64,000 nucleotides of DNA from assembly GCF_009914755.1 (NCBI RefSeq), contig NC_060933.1, one strand, 5' to 3'. This DNA is from the human T2T-CHM13v2.0 reference genome, Homo sapiens. The notes beneath the pieces were generated by a model that worked only from the letters and a program-made list of their open reading frames with translations, was not told the origin of the DNA and ran no database searches. Shown one piece after another: positions 42,011 through 55,431 of this stretch (position 1 is the first letter of the stretch; every line of letters begins with the position of its first letter). The position numbers were made by a program, and so were the translations under genes.

Positions 42011-43128
42011 TGTTGCAGAAAGTCAGGGACCCCGAATGGAGGGACTGGCTGGAGTCACAGCAGAGGAATATAAATTGAGAATATTTCATTTTAATATGGA
42101 CATATATCAGTTCCCAAATAATACTCTTATAATTTCTTATGCCTGTCTTTATTTCAATCTCTGAACACAAATTGTGAAGATTTCACTTTAATATGGACAT
42201 TTATCACTTCCCAAAATTAATACTTTTATAATTTCTTATGCCTGTCTTTACTTTAATCTCTTAATCCTGTTATCTTTGTAAGCTGAGAATGTATGTCACC
42301 TCAGGACCAATATTGTGTTAACTGTACAAATTGATTGTAAAACATGTGTGTTTGAACAATATGAAATCAGTGCACCTTGAAAAAGAACAGGATAACAGCG
42401 ATTTTCAGGAAACAAGGGAATACAACCATAAGGTCTGACTGCCTGCGGGGTCGGGCAGAATAGAGCCATATTTTTCTTCTTGCAGAGAGCCTATAAACGG
42501 ACGTGCAAGTAGGGAAGATATCGTTAAATTCTTTTCCTAGCAAGGAATATTAATATTAAGACCCTGGGAAAGGAATTGCCTTCCTGGGGGGAGGTCTATA
42601 AACGGCCGCTCTGAGAGTGTCTGTCTTATGCGGTTGAGATAAAGGCTGAAATACGCCCTGGTCTCCTGCAGTACCCTCAGGCTTACTGGGATTTGGAAAC
42701 CCTGCCCTGGTAAATTTGAGGTCAGACCAGTTCTCTGCTCTCAAAGTCTGTTTTCTGTTGTTTAAGATGTTGATCAAGACAATACGTGCACAGCTGAACA
42801 TAGACCTTTATCAGTAGTTCTGAATTTGCCCTTGTCCTGTTTCCTCAGAAGCATGTGATCTTTGTTCTCCTTTTTGCCCTTTGAAGCATGTGATCTCGTG
42901 ACCTACTCCCTGTTCTTGCACTCCCCCCTTTTGAAATCCTTAATAAAACTTGCTGGCTTTAAGGCTCAGGTGGGCATCGTGGTCCTACTGATATGTGATG
43001 TCACCCCCAGAGGCCCAGCTGTAAAAGTCCTCTTCTTTGTATTCTTTCTCTTTATTTCTCAGCTGGCTGACACTTATGGAAAATAGAAAGAACCTACATT
43101 GAAATATTGGGGGTGGATTCCCCTGATA
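42011..43128 (+). promoter_or_regulatory. 5' LTR (MER11A-like, about 1118 bp)
   Basis: Starts TGTTGCAGAAAGTCAGGGACCCCGAATGGAGGGAC; ends GGGGGTGGATTCCCCTGATA; ~100-bp U3 duplication; TATAAA at 42492 and 42597; AATAAA at 42942. Confidence 0.88.
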
Positions 43129-43130
43129 TC

Positions 43131-43148
43131 TGCCACCTAATGTGGTTT
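43131..43148 (+). promoter_or_regulatory. Degenerate tRNA-Lys primer binding site
   Basis: tgccacctaatgtggttt versus tRNA-Lys-type TGGCGCCCAACGTGG, 2 nt after the LTR end. Confidence 0.65.
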
Positions 43149-43283
43149 TCTTTTTCCTAAGTGCATGTGGGAACCTGATTCCCTTTGGTAGGTGCAGAGA
43201 AATGTTCATCAGTCTGGTCCACAGAAATTCTTGTTCAGCTCCCTGACAATTGGTGAGTTGTCTGTTTATTGTCCAAGGTAACT

Positions 43284-45386
43284 ATGGGTCACGTGGAGTC
43301 TAAACATCATGCTTATCTCTGCTATATTAAACTCCTGTTAAAACAGGGTGGTGTTCGAGTGCCCATGGAAAATATGGTCACTCTATTCAGGGCAGTGGAG
43401 GAACACTGTCCTTGGTTTCCTGAAAAGTGAACGTTAGATGTGGAACTATGGGATCGTGTTGGTGCAAAATTCTGGGAACTGGTCCCAACAGGAAACTATG
43501 CTCCCATCACTGTTTGGGGTGATAGGGCCTTGGTACTTGTCATCCTAATGACACACCAATCCCATGACCCCCTACAGTTACCACAATTTTCTGAATCTGG
43601 TGACCCTCTACCTTTTCCTCAGCTTTCCTGTCCTGCTCAGCCTTCGTTATCTGCTCAGCCTCTCCCTTCGCCTACTCCTCCCCCACCTGATGATAGTGAG
43701 GATTCAATATCTAATTCTGGTGACTTTGGCTTAACATCACCCCCGATGATCTCATTTCTTTTCACGAAGAGCTGATACTTGTAGCTCCCACGGCCCCAAC
43801 TCGGACAGCCCGGGACCATATCTATGTTAACTCTTCCCTCTCCAGACCTTTGCAGTCTTTGGCACCAGAGCTACCTAATGGCTCCAGGACCAAACTACAG
43901 TTTACTTGTAATTCTGCAGGCCCTCCCCCATCCACTGCAGCCTCTCACCCTCCTGTCATTTTGGTCCCTCAACTGATCACTTTGCCATCCACTCAACCTG
44001 CTTCTCTGTACCCTTCTTCACACATGGACACCAATAATCACCAGTATGCTTCTGCCTCTTCTGCTCCCCCGGTGCTCCTTCCTCACACTCTCATACTGGT
44101 CCAACCTCCTAAACCTCAGTTTCCCTTATCTACACATACTTTTCCTCTCACTTCTATGCTGACTCTGTCTCATGTGACTGCTCTTGTAACTTCCATGCAA
44201 TGCTTATTACACCACAACAAAGAAACAAGTGGATTAGAAGTGTGGGCTTATCTAGTCATGCTGGAACCTCCAAATGCTCATGGGGTACAAGTGCGTTGAT
44301 ATGCGCTGCTCAATCTTACCTTTTTAAAAGAATTCCAGGATGCTTGTACTCAGTATAGTCCTACTTCTCCATATGTTAAAATGGTATTACAGACTCTTTG
44401 TACTGAGGTCATTTTGCTTCCTTTAGACTGGGACCTTTTGGCAAAAGCTGTTCTAACTCCATCTCAGCATTTATAATTCCATACCTGGTGGTCAGAGGAG
44501 GCCCATCTGCAGGCTCAGCTAAATCAGGCTGATGGCATTCTAATTAGGCTCAGCTCACAGGCTCCAATAATTATTCTGACACTACCGCACGATTAGGCTT
44601 TGATACTCTCAGCACAGAACAAGTAACAGAGGTGTGTATGAGAGCTTGGGATAAATTACGTGCCCCAGGCCAAGCTCCTGTTTCTTTTACTACTGTTAAA
44701 CAGGGTCACAATGAATTATATCCTGTTTTTTGGCCAAATTACAAGATGCTGTTCAAAAATCCATCTCTGATGAGCGCACTCAAGGTATTCTCCTTCGTAT
44801 GTTAGCTTTTGAGAATGCAAACCATGAATGTAAAATGGCCATGCATTCTGTCCAATGACAAAATTTACCAGATCACAAGGTGTTGCCTGCATATATTAAA
44901 GCTTATGAAGGCATTGGATCAGAGACCCACAAAGCTATTCTGTGGGCACGGGCCATGAAGGACAGCAATCAAACTGGCTCAACTGATTCTTTTCTTGGAG
45001 TCTGCTATAATTGTGGTCAACTTGGTCATACTCAAAAAAATTTCACTGTTAAAAACTTAAAAGTGGCCAAGCCAGCTCAACAAACACAGCCAAATGCTCC
45101 TGCTACTGTGTGCCCGTGTTGTCATAAAGGTAAACATTAGGCAAGTACTTGCTGCTCTAAATATGATATAGATGAAAATCCCTTGCCACAGAACCAGGGA
45201 AATGGGAAGAAGGGCCAGTCCCAGGCCCCAATATCAAATGGGACACCTCACACTCAGGCCAATGTTGCGTTTCCACTTCAAGTGGTCCCAGTGCAGCCCC
45301 CAGCACAAACAAATTTACCTACAGTCAACCCTGATGGGTCCCAGCCTCTTCTGTCTCAGTACAATGCTTCTCTACCTCCACAGTAG
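43284..45386 (+). pseudogene. gag: gag pseudogene (MA-CA-NC)
   Basis: MGHVESKH...HCPWFPEK*TLDVELW (stop 43428); Pro-rich region; CA; knuckles CYNCGQLGHTQKNF and CPCCHKGKH*; multiple stops and frameshifts. Confidence 0.9.
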
Positions 45387-46203
45387 GGGGCAGGGCAGTC
45401 TCGATCTCTGTGGTACCATTCCTCTAAATTTACTCCCTAATTCTTTGCTTTTAATTGTTCCCATGGGGGTCACTGGCCCTTTACCTCAAGGCTCGGTGGG
45501 CCTCATGTTAGGTTGGGCCTCCACCTCTGCTAAAGGAATCATGGTTCATACTGGTCTCATTAATTCTGATTCCTCTGATGAGATTAAACTTATGGTTCTG
45601 CCGAGGTTCCTGTTTCCATTCTGGCTGGTGAGTCAATTGCTCAATTACTTTTACTATCTAATATTGTTTTAAACAAAGGAGATAAGACACAGGGCCCTGG
45701 GGATGGGCTCCGGCAGTGAAAAAGCCGCTTATTGGATTAATGTAATTTCTAAACAACAGCCCACCTGCACCATATACATTTGAGGAAAAAAGTTTGAGGG
45801 CCTAGTAGATACTGGGGCTGAAGTTTCTATTATTTCCTCTAATTTATGGCCTTCCTCCTGGCTTAAACATCCCACTAACATGGGACTAGTAGGTGTTGGA
45901 AAAGCTGATGAAGTTCACCAGAGCACATTTATCTTGCCTTGCACTGGCCCTGATGGTCAAAACGGTACAATTCAGCCTTATATCATGCCAATCCCCATTA
46001 ATCTTTGGGGTAGAGATTTGCTGGCACAATGGGGGGCTGAAATTAATATTCCACATAACTCATAGTGCTCCCAGTTAACATATAATGGAAAACATGGGGT
46101 TTGTTCCCAGACTCAGTCTCAGTCCAAAACATGAAGGAATTACTAACCCCCTTCAAGTTTACTGTAAAACAAGACAGGGCTGGTTTAGGTTATCCTTTTT
46201 AAT
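45197..46203 (+). pseudogene. pro: pro pseudogene (dUTPase-like + aspartic protease + G-patch)
   Basis: Slippery-site relic GGGAAAT at 45197; GVTGPLPQGSVGL..VHTGLINSD; FEGLVDTGAEVSII; PINLWGRDLL; MENMGF G-patch. Confidence 0.9.
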
Positions 46204-48883
46204 GGCAGCCACTGCCACGCATCCTAGTCCTATTCCTTTACAATGGAAATCGGAAACATCTGTTTGGATTGAGCAGTGGCCACTCTCTAAAGAAAAACTG
46301 GAGGCTTTAACTCACTTGGTTTCTGAACAGTTACAACTTGGAAATGTGAGACCTTCTCTTTCCCCCTGGAATTCTCCTGTGTTTCTAGTAAAAAAGAAAT
46401 CAGGCAAGTGGCAGATGGTGACTGATTTAAGGGCCATTAGTGCAGTAATTAAACCTATGGGAACCGTCCAACCCAGCATGCCTGCCCCTGCCTTAATACC
46501 TAAGAATTGGCCTCTCATAATTATTGATCTTAAAGACTTTTTTGCATATTGCTTTACATAAATCGGATTGTGAAAAATTTGCCTTTACTGTACCATCTAT
46601 CGATAATCAGGAGCCTGCAGCTTGTTAGCAATGGAAAGCACTTCGTCAGGGAATGCTGAACAGCCCTACCATCTGCCAGCTTTATGTTGGAGAGGTGCTT
46701 TCACCAGTTCGAGCTCAATTTCCCCAGGCCTATATTCTTTATTATATGGATGATATATTAATTGCTGCTCCCACTGATAAAAAATTAATTGACTGTTATC
46801 AATTTTTGAGCCACCATGTTACAGAGGCTGGATTACACATCGCTCAGGATAAAATTCAACAGACCACTCCTGTTCAATATTTAGGAATGGTAGTCAATAA
46901 AGAATGTATTCAACCTCAAAAGTTTCAGATTAGGAAAGATTCCTTGAAAATTTTAAATGATTTCCAAAGACTTTTGGGTAACATTAATTATTTAAGACCT
47001 ACTTTAGGCATTCCAACATATGTGCTATCTAACTTGTTTTCCGTGCTATGTGGAGTTTCCAATCTCTGCTGTCCCAGGACTTTGACCCCTGAGGCTTCAC
47101 TGGAACTGGAGTCAGTACAGGGAAGAATCCAAACTGCCCAGTTGTCTAGGGTACAGCGGTCTCAGCCTTTCAGCTTCTGGTTTTCACTTCATTACACTCC
47201 CCTACTGGGCTAATAGTTCAATGTGATGATTTAGTGGAGTGGTGTTTTCTTCCTTATTCTGTGTCAAAAACTTTGTCTGTTTATCTGGACCGAATAGCCA
47301 CCCTAATTGGACAAGCTCAATGTAGAATACTTAAAATTTCTGGATTTGATCCCAATTTAATTGTGGTTCCTTTAAGTCAGCTCGAAGTTCAAGCTGCTTT
47401 CAACATTCCATACTGTGGCAAATTCACTTGGCTGATTTTATTGGTGTTATTGACAATCATTATCCAAAAAACAAAGTTTGATTTTATAAAAATGACTTCT
47501 TGGGTGGTCCCTCGATTGACCAAAGATCAGCCCATTCCTGAGGCCGTTACAGTGTTCACTGATGGCTCCAGTAATTGAAATGCTGGTTATGTGGGTCCTA
47601 CAGACAAGCTTATTTCTACCCCTTAGACAGCTGCTCAAAAGGCAGAGTTAATTGCTGTAATTACTGCCTTACAGGATTTCCCCAAACCTTTACACATTGT
47701 CTCTGATTCTGTTTATGTTTTACATGCCACTAAAAATATAGAAACCGCTACTATCAAACATATTGATAATTCTGAATTGGCTTCTTTATTTTCAAGGTTA
47801 CAACAGGTGGTTCGCCAATGTAGACACCCTTTCTATATTACATATATTAGATCTCATACCACTTTACCAGGACCCATGTCTGCTGGCCACCAAAAGGTCA
47901 ACTGTTTGGTCTCTTTTGCAACCCAAGAAGCTCAGGAGTTCCATAATGTCACTCATGTCAATGCTGCTGGATTAAAAGATAAATTTGCTGTCATCTGGAA
48001 AGAGGCTAAGCTTATTGTCCACCGCTGCCCTCAGTGCCAAGTTTTTGTACTTTCAAATCAGGAACCTGGCATTAATCCCAGAGGCCTAACTCCTAATGAT
48101 TTATGGCAAATGGATGTAACTCATGTTAACTCCTTTGGCAGACTTTCATATGTACATGTTTCTGTAAACACCTTTTCAGGCTTTATCTGGGCTACTTGCC
48201 AAACAGGGGAAGGCACGGCCCATGTTAAAAGACATTTGTATTCTTGCTTTGCAGTTACGGGGCTTTCATATCAAATAAAAACAGACATCACCCCTGGATA
48301 TGTTAGTAAGGCTTTTGACTTATTTATGCAACAATGGAGAATTTCCCTTATTACCAGAATCCTTTATGATCCTCAGGGACAGACTGTGGTGGAGTGGGCA
48401 AATTGCACTTTAAAAACTCAATTGTCCAAACAGTCTGAACAACAAAAGCATAAATCGAACACTCCCCACTCCCAATTACATTTGGCATTGTTTACTTTAG
48501 ACTTTCTAAATGTTCCTAAAGACAATACTCTCACTGCAGCTGAACACCATTATACAGGCAAAAAATTCTGCCTAAATGAAGGCAAGCCAGTGTTATGGAA
48601 AAATTTCCAAACCAATACCTGGGAACCTGGAACAATTATAACGTGGGGAAGAGAGTATGCTTGTGTTTCACCAGGAGATCATCAATCCCCTGTCTGGGTA
48701 CCCACTAAGAGACTTAAACTTCGTTTGAATACTGACAACGAAAACCACAGGGAAAATACATCTGCATCAGAGACTGCCCTCATACGTGGTGAGATCTGTG
48801 CCGACTCCTCAAAAACTGGCCAGCCAAATCAAAATGGATCTGGTTTGATCCTCCCTAATGGCAATGGAGACCCCTCTAACTAA
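46190..48883 (+). pseudogene. pol: pol pseudogene (RT-RNase H-IN)
   Basis: [55 protein letters not shown]; frameshifts and stops in RT/RNase H; integrase open 47777-48883. Confidence 0.93.
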
Positions 48884-50323
48884 TCCCACTTCTCCTAATT
48901 CCCTTTCTTTTTCTCCTTACAAACCTAAAAATCTCACCATTTCTATTAACCTGAAAACAACATCCCCCTGTTCTTCTCTTCCTCCTTCAGCACTGAATCT
49001 CGCTTACAATAGGTTTAATTTAATGATTCTCCTCCTTATACTTTCTGTCTCACCTGTTTCCTCTCACACTGATTTACCTGCTACACAAAATTATTCTTAT
49101 TGGGCTTATGTACCTTTTCCTCCACTTATTTGACCTCTCACCTGGATGGATGCTCCTGCAGAAATCTATGCTAACGATAGTGTGTGGATGCCTGGAGCTA
49201 CAGCTGACCATTGCCCCGCTCAACCAGAAGAAGGCACAGCATTTAATGTTACTATGGGTTACAAATACCCTCCTCTGTGCCTCGGATATGCACCTGGTTG
49301 TATCCATCTAGAAACTGAAGTCTGAACTGCTTATCTTCTGGAGAGATTAGCTACAGACAAACTGGGACATTTGTTCTCCAGCCTCTCCCTTTCTCCTTCA
49401 AGACAAATGAAAAGGGGAGTAATAGGAGATACCCCATACTTTCAATATAAACCTGTAGGAAAACCATGTCCTAAAAATTTTGAGGGCCCATCTAAAACTT
49501 TAATTTGGGAAGATTGTGTCAACTCACATGCAGTAATATTTAAAAAGTGACTCATATGGTTTAGTAATAGATTGGGCACCAAAGGGCTATTTAAAAAACA
49601 ATTGCTTCTCTGGCAGAAGGGAATGCCTGGAGGCTACTTATTCTATTTCTTATTGGGAGGATGAGGAGGATCATCATCCTACTTTGCATAGGAGGTTCAG
49701 CTCATTCTTTCCCTTAAAATCGGAAGATAAGGGCATTACTCCCCCAAGGCCTCATATGATATTCCCCATTCTGAGCCCAGAACACCCAGAACTTTGGAAA
49801 TTGGCTATTGCCATGTCTGGACTGCAAGTATGGGAAGGGGAAACTTTTCTGTCTGTTGCCCCCTCTACCGCCCTTCGCATCCGTGATTCTGAACCCCATG
49901 ATAAATCCCCTTTGAACCCTTTTCCTCTTTTTGATCTCAGTCCTCCTTTATGGGACTCCAATTGGCATTATGATAATTCTTCTCTACCCAGGTATGACCC
50001 TCTACCTCTTTGGCATCCCCGGGCACCTCCGATTGCTGCTTTATGGTGGAGAACATCGGGCATGGCCACTGCTGCTCCTCTCCCTCAGTATCAACGTAGA
50101 TTCAGACATTCTGCCTTGTTTACCTCCAACCTGATTAGTCCTATACAAAGTTATGTTAAGCTTCCTTACATGCTGTTAGTGGGAAACATCAAAATTTGGA
50201 CGAACAATCAAACTGTCCAATGCATTAATTGTCATGTATACACTTGTGTTAAGTCCCGTTTTGACTCCAGGAAAAGTATAATGTTGGTTCGAGCTTGAGA
50301 AGGAATCTGGATACCGATAACTT
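48858..50323 (+). pseudogene. env: env pseudogene, leader + SU only
   Basis: Signal MILLLILSVSPVSS; [30 protein letters not shown]; PEHPELWKL; VKLPYMLLVG; VRA*EGIWIP then truncation. Confidence 0.9.
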
Positions 50324-52088
50324 ATCTATCATACAAATGAAAAATAAAGAAGAGCAGGGGCCATTCTTTTTATATTAGATAAAATGACTTTAAACCAACA
50401 CTATTAAAAACAAACAAAGAAGGAAACTACATAAAGTTTTCAATTTTACAAGAAGACTTAACTGTCATAAATATATACGTACCCAAAATTGGAGGACACA
50501 GATTCATAAAATAAGTACTTCTAGACCTACCAAAAGTCCTACACACCCCCATATAATAGTGGAGGACCTCAAAACCCCACTGACAGCAGTAGAGAGATCA
50601 TCAAGGCAGAAAACTAACAAATGAATTCTAGACTTAAATTTGGCACTTAACCAGTTTGACCTAGTTGACACCTACAGAACATTACATCCATCAATACACA
50701 TTCTTCTCACCTGTACATGGAACATACTCCAAGGTTAACCACATGCTCAGCCATAAAGTAAGTCTCAAGAAATTCAAAAAAAAATCAAAATTATACCAAC
50801 CATAGTCTCAGACCACAGTAGATTAAAATAGAAACTGATACTAGGAAGATCACCAAAACCTGCACAATTACATGGAAACTAAACAACTTGCTCCTGAATG
50901 ATTTTGAGGTAAACAATGAAATTAAGACAGACATAAAAAAATGTTAAAAAAAAAACTTTGAAATAAACAAAAACCTTTTGGATGCAGATAAAGCAGTGTT
51001 AAGAGAAGTTTAGAGCACTAAATGCCTACCTCATAAAGTTAAAAATATCTCAAATTAACAATCTAATATCCCACACCTAGGAGAACTAGAAAACTGAGAA
51101 CAAATTAACCCCAAAACTAGCAGGAAAAAAAAAGAAATAACTAAAGTCAACAAAATTTACATGTGAAAAACCATACTGAGAATCAAGAAAATCCTAAAGT
51201 TGGTTATTTGAAAGGACAAACAATAATAATAGATCAATAGCTAAATTTAACAAACAAAAAATAGAGAAGAGCTAAATGAGCATCATCAGAAACAATAAAG
51301 GCAACATTACAACGAATCCCACAGGCATACAAATTAGACTATTATCAACATCTGTATGCAGACAAACAAGAAAATCCAGAGAAAATGAATAAATTCCTGG
51401 AAACATTCAACTTCCCAAGATTGGACCAGGAAGAAATTGAAACCATGAATAGACCAATAAGGATTTCTGGAATTGAATCAGTCATAAAAAAAAAAACTAC
51501 CAACCAAAAATGGTCCTAGACCAGATGAGTTCACAGCTGAATCCTAACAGACATACAAACAAGAATTGGTACCAATTCTACTGAAACTATTCCAAAAAAA
51601 TTATAAAGGAAGAACTTTTCCCTGACTAATCTACAAAGCAAGCATCACCCTGATACCAAAACCTGGTAGCAAAGACACATGAAAAAAGAAAACTTCTGGC
51701 CAATATTCCTGATAAATATAGATGCAAAAATAATCACCAAAATACTAGCAAACCAAAACCAGCAGCATACCAAAAAGTTAATTCAGTATGAGCAAGTATC
51801 TTTATTCCTGGGGTGTAAGGTTGGTACAACATATGCAAATCAATAAATGGGATTCACCATTTAAACAGAATTAAAAGTGAAAACCATATGACTATCTCAA
51901 TAGACATGGAAAAAGTCTTCAATGAAATCCAACATTCTTCATGATAAAAACCCTCAACGAGCTAATCACAAAGGAATGTGCCTCAAAATAATAAGAGGCA
52001 TCTATGACCAACACACAACCAACATCATACTGAATGGGCAAAAGCTGGAAGCATTCCCTTTGAGAACTAAAACAAGATAGGATGCTCA
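50324..52088 (+). mobile_element. L1 (L1PB-type) ORF2 endonuclease-to-RT segment, decayed
   Basis: 'aaatatatacgtacccaaaattggagg', 'aatagtggaggacctc', 'ctcagaccacagtagattaaaatagaa', 'ggccaatattcctgataaatatagatgcaaaaat'. Confidence 0.9.
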
Positions 52089-53808
52089 CCCATGCAAATT
52101 CAAAGTCCAACAAGGCAGTCATTAAATCTTAAAGCTCTAAAATGATCTCCTTTGACTCCATGTCTCATATCCAGGTCACATTGATGCAAAATGTGGGCTC
52201 CCATGGTTTTGGGTATCTCTGCCCTTGTAGCTTTGCAGGGTACAGCCCTAATCCCATCTGCTTTCACAAGCTAGCATTGAGTGTCTGTGGCTTTTCCAGG
52301 TGGATGGTCCAAGCTGTCAGTGGATCTGCCATTCTGGGGTCTGGAGGATGGTAGCCCTCTTCTCACAGCTCCACTAGGCAGTGTCTCAATGGGGACTCCA
52401 TGTGGGGGCTCCAATCCCTCATTTTCCTTCCTCATTGCCCTAGCACATAGTCTTCATGAGGGCTCCACTCACGCTGCAAACTTCTGCCTGGACATCCAGG
52501 CATTTTCATACATCCTCTGAAATCTAGGCAGAGGTTTTCAAACTTCAATTCTTGACTTCTGTGCACCTATAGGCACAACACCATGTAAAAGCCACCAAAG
52601 CTTGTTGCTTGCACCCTCTGAATCTATGGTCTGAGCTATATGTTGGCCCCTTTTAGCCATGGCTGGGATGCAGGGCACCAAGTCCTAAAACTGCACAAAG
52701 CAGCAAGGCCCTGGGCCCAGGCATGAAACCATTTTTTTCCTCCTAGACCTCCGGAACTATGATGGAAGGGGCTGCTGTGAAGATCTCTGTCATGCCTTGG
52801 AGACATTTTCCCCATTGTCTTGACAATTAACATTTGGCTCCTCATTACTTATGCAAATTTCTGCAGCAGGCTTGAATTCCTCCTCAGAAAATGGGTTTTC
52901 CTATTCTATCACATCATCAGGCTGCAAATTTTCCAGACTTTTATGCTCTGCTTCCTTTTTAAATATAATTTCTAACTTGAAACCATCTCTTTGTGAATGT
53001 ATAAGGCTGAATGCTTTCAAACTTAACCAGGTTACCTCTTGAATGCTTTGCTGCTTAGAAATTTCTTCCACCAGATACCCTAAATCATCTTTCTCAAATT
53101 CAAAGTTCCACGGATCTCTAGGGCAGGGGCAAAATGCCACCAGTCTCTTTACAAAGCATAGCAAGAGTGACTTTTGCTCTAGTTCCCAATAAGTTTCTCA
53201 TCTCCATCTGAGACCACCTCACCCTGGACTTCACTGTCCACATCATTATCAGCATTTTGGTCAAAACCATTCAACAAGTCTCTAGGAAGTTCCAAATTTT
53301 CCCACATCTTCCTATCTTCTTCTGAGCCCTCCAAACTGTTTCAAAGTCTGCCTGTTACCCAGTTTCAAAGTGACTTCCACATTTTCAAGTATCTTTATAG
53401 CAGTATACCACTGCCTCAGTACCAATTTACTGTATTTGTCTGTTTTCACACTGCTATAAAGAAATACCTGAGACTGGGTAATTTATAAAGGAAAGAGGTT
53501 TAATTGACTCACAGTTCTGCATGGCTGGGGAGGCTTCAGGAAACTTAAAGTCATGGCAAAAGGGGAAGCAAACACATCCTCCTTTGCAAGGCAGCAGGAG
53601 AGGGAAGAGTGAGTAGTGAAGGAAGAACAGTCCCTTATAAAACCCTCATATCTTGTGAGAACTCACTCACTATCATGAGAACAGCATGAGCAAAACTGCC
53701 CCCATGATCCAATCACCTCCCAACAGGTCTCTCCCTAGATATGTGGGAATTATGGGAATTATAATTAAAGATGAGATTTGGGTGGGGACACAAAATCTAA
53801 TCATATCT
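52089..53808 (-). mobile_element. THE1D/MSTA-type MaLR: internal region (52089-53430) plus one LTR (53431-53808)
   Basis: Continuous MaLR internal sequence ending 'taccaatttac|tgtatt'; LTR ends 'gtggggacacaaaatctaatcatatct'. Confidence 0.88.
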
Positions 53809-54180
53809 GACACCACGGAATACTATGCAGCCATAAAAAATAACAAAATCATGTCTTTTGCAGCAACATGACATAGCTGTAGGCCATTATCCTGAGTGAA
53901 TTATGGCAGGTACAGAAAACCAAATATCATGTTTTCAGTTATAAGTAGATCTAAATATTGGATACTCATGCACATAAAGATGGAAATGAGAGACCCTGGT
54001 GACTAATAGAAGGTGGAGGGATGGAAGAGGAAGGAACTAAATGCTGGGTCATATGCATACTACCTGGGTGACAGGTTCATCTATATCCCAAACCTCAGCA
54101 TTATGCAATATATTCAGTAACAAACCTGCACATGTACCTCCTGCATCTAAAATAAAAGTTGAAATTTAAAAAATAATAGC
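53809..54180 (+). mobile_element. L1PB 3' end
   Basis: 'accacggaatactatgcagccataaaaaa'...'aacaaacctgcacatgtacctcctgcatctaaaataaaagttgaa'. Confidence 0.85.
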
Positions 54181-54185
54181 AAATA

Positions 54186-54460
54186 AAAAACCACATGTTC
54201 TCACTTATATGTGGGAGCTAAACAATGGATACACATGGACATACAGAGAGGAAAAATAGACACTGAAGACTCCAAAAGGTGGGAGGGTGGAAGGTGGCTG
54301 AAAGATGAAATATTACCTATCGAGTACAATGTATACTATTTAGATGAGTACACTAAAAGCCCAGACTTCACTGCTATGTAATATACCCATGTAACACAAC
54401 TGCATTTGTGTCCCCTAAATCTATCAAAATAAATGAACAAATAAATACATATATCATAAA
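54186..54460 (+). mobile_element. Second L1 3' UTR (L1PB4-like)
   Basis: 'tacactaaaagcccagacttcactgctatgtaatatacccatgtaacacaactgc'. Confidence 0.8.
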
Positions 54461-55431
54461 AAAGAATGGCAATGAAGACATAATATTTCCAATATGCAAG
54501 GACTGATATATATTACTTCTCATATACTCTTCTAGGAAGCCATTGAAGATGTGTTTCTAATAAAAATGGAGATGTTTAAAAAAATCTGCAAAGTTTCTAT
54601 CTATTCCTCTCCGACTGATTATCAACCTCTGTTCATTAACCAGTGCTTTCCTGCTGATCTTCAGGAGTTTGACACAGCCATTTGAGACTGTATCAGTTCC
54701 TTATGTTTGCCTTAGTTTGCTAGACTTTTCTATTCCTTAACTATTTGTTCAAAGGGTGTTTTTCCCCCTAAGTTCTTTGGCTGCAAGTAACTAGTGCTGG
54801 GAGAGACCATGTCTCTTATATGACATATAAGATTTAGAAAAGATTGTTGCATGATAACTACTGTATCAAATGGGCTAAAATTTCTGTTAAAATCAGTATT
54901 TTACTGATGTGTATATTAAAGTAGGACAAAAGAAAATAAATGTGAAAGTTATGTGGAACACTGAAGAGTTAAACAAAGAGATGACAGGACCATCCACTAC
55001 ATCCTACTATCTAAACCATGTTTCTGTGCTTCACCAAGATGCAGGCAATTAGGAATATTACTTAATGCTCCACAAACAAGACGATAGATCTGCCAAACTG
55101 ATCTTAGATCTCTGACCTTTTAAGATTATATATTATCAGAGGAGAAGAAACACTAACTTGCACAAGACTGATAAGCACACATGTGGTCAAGGGTATTTCC
55201 TCTTGTTTGCATAAGAAAGAATACTCCAAAATAGATAAGATTTAGTAGGTTGTATCTACAATTAAGAAGAATGATCATAAAGTTGCAATCCTTCTCAGCC
55301 AAGATAGACAGTTATGCTAATGTCACAAATAAACCCAAAACCTGAATCTAGAAAACATTACGTTCTTTTTTATGCTACAAGCCCAGTGAAGACTATTTGG
55401 AGGGCAGAATTCTGCCTTTTCAGTTCCTCAG

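Larger units (their letters stand above)
42011..50323 (+). mobile_element. HERV-K(HML-8)/HERVK11-type provirus, 3'-deleted
   Basis: MER11-type LTR + PBS + gag, dUTPase/pro, pol and env SU in betaretroviral order; no TM, PPT or 3' LTR. Confidence 0.9.

Noticed and set aside
42068-42262. About 100-bp tandem duplication in the LTR
   Set aside because: Normal feature of MER11 U3
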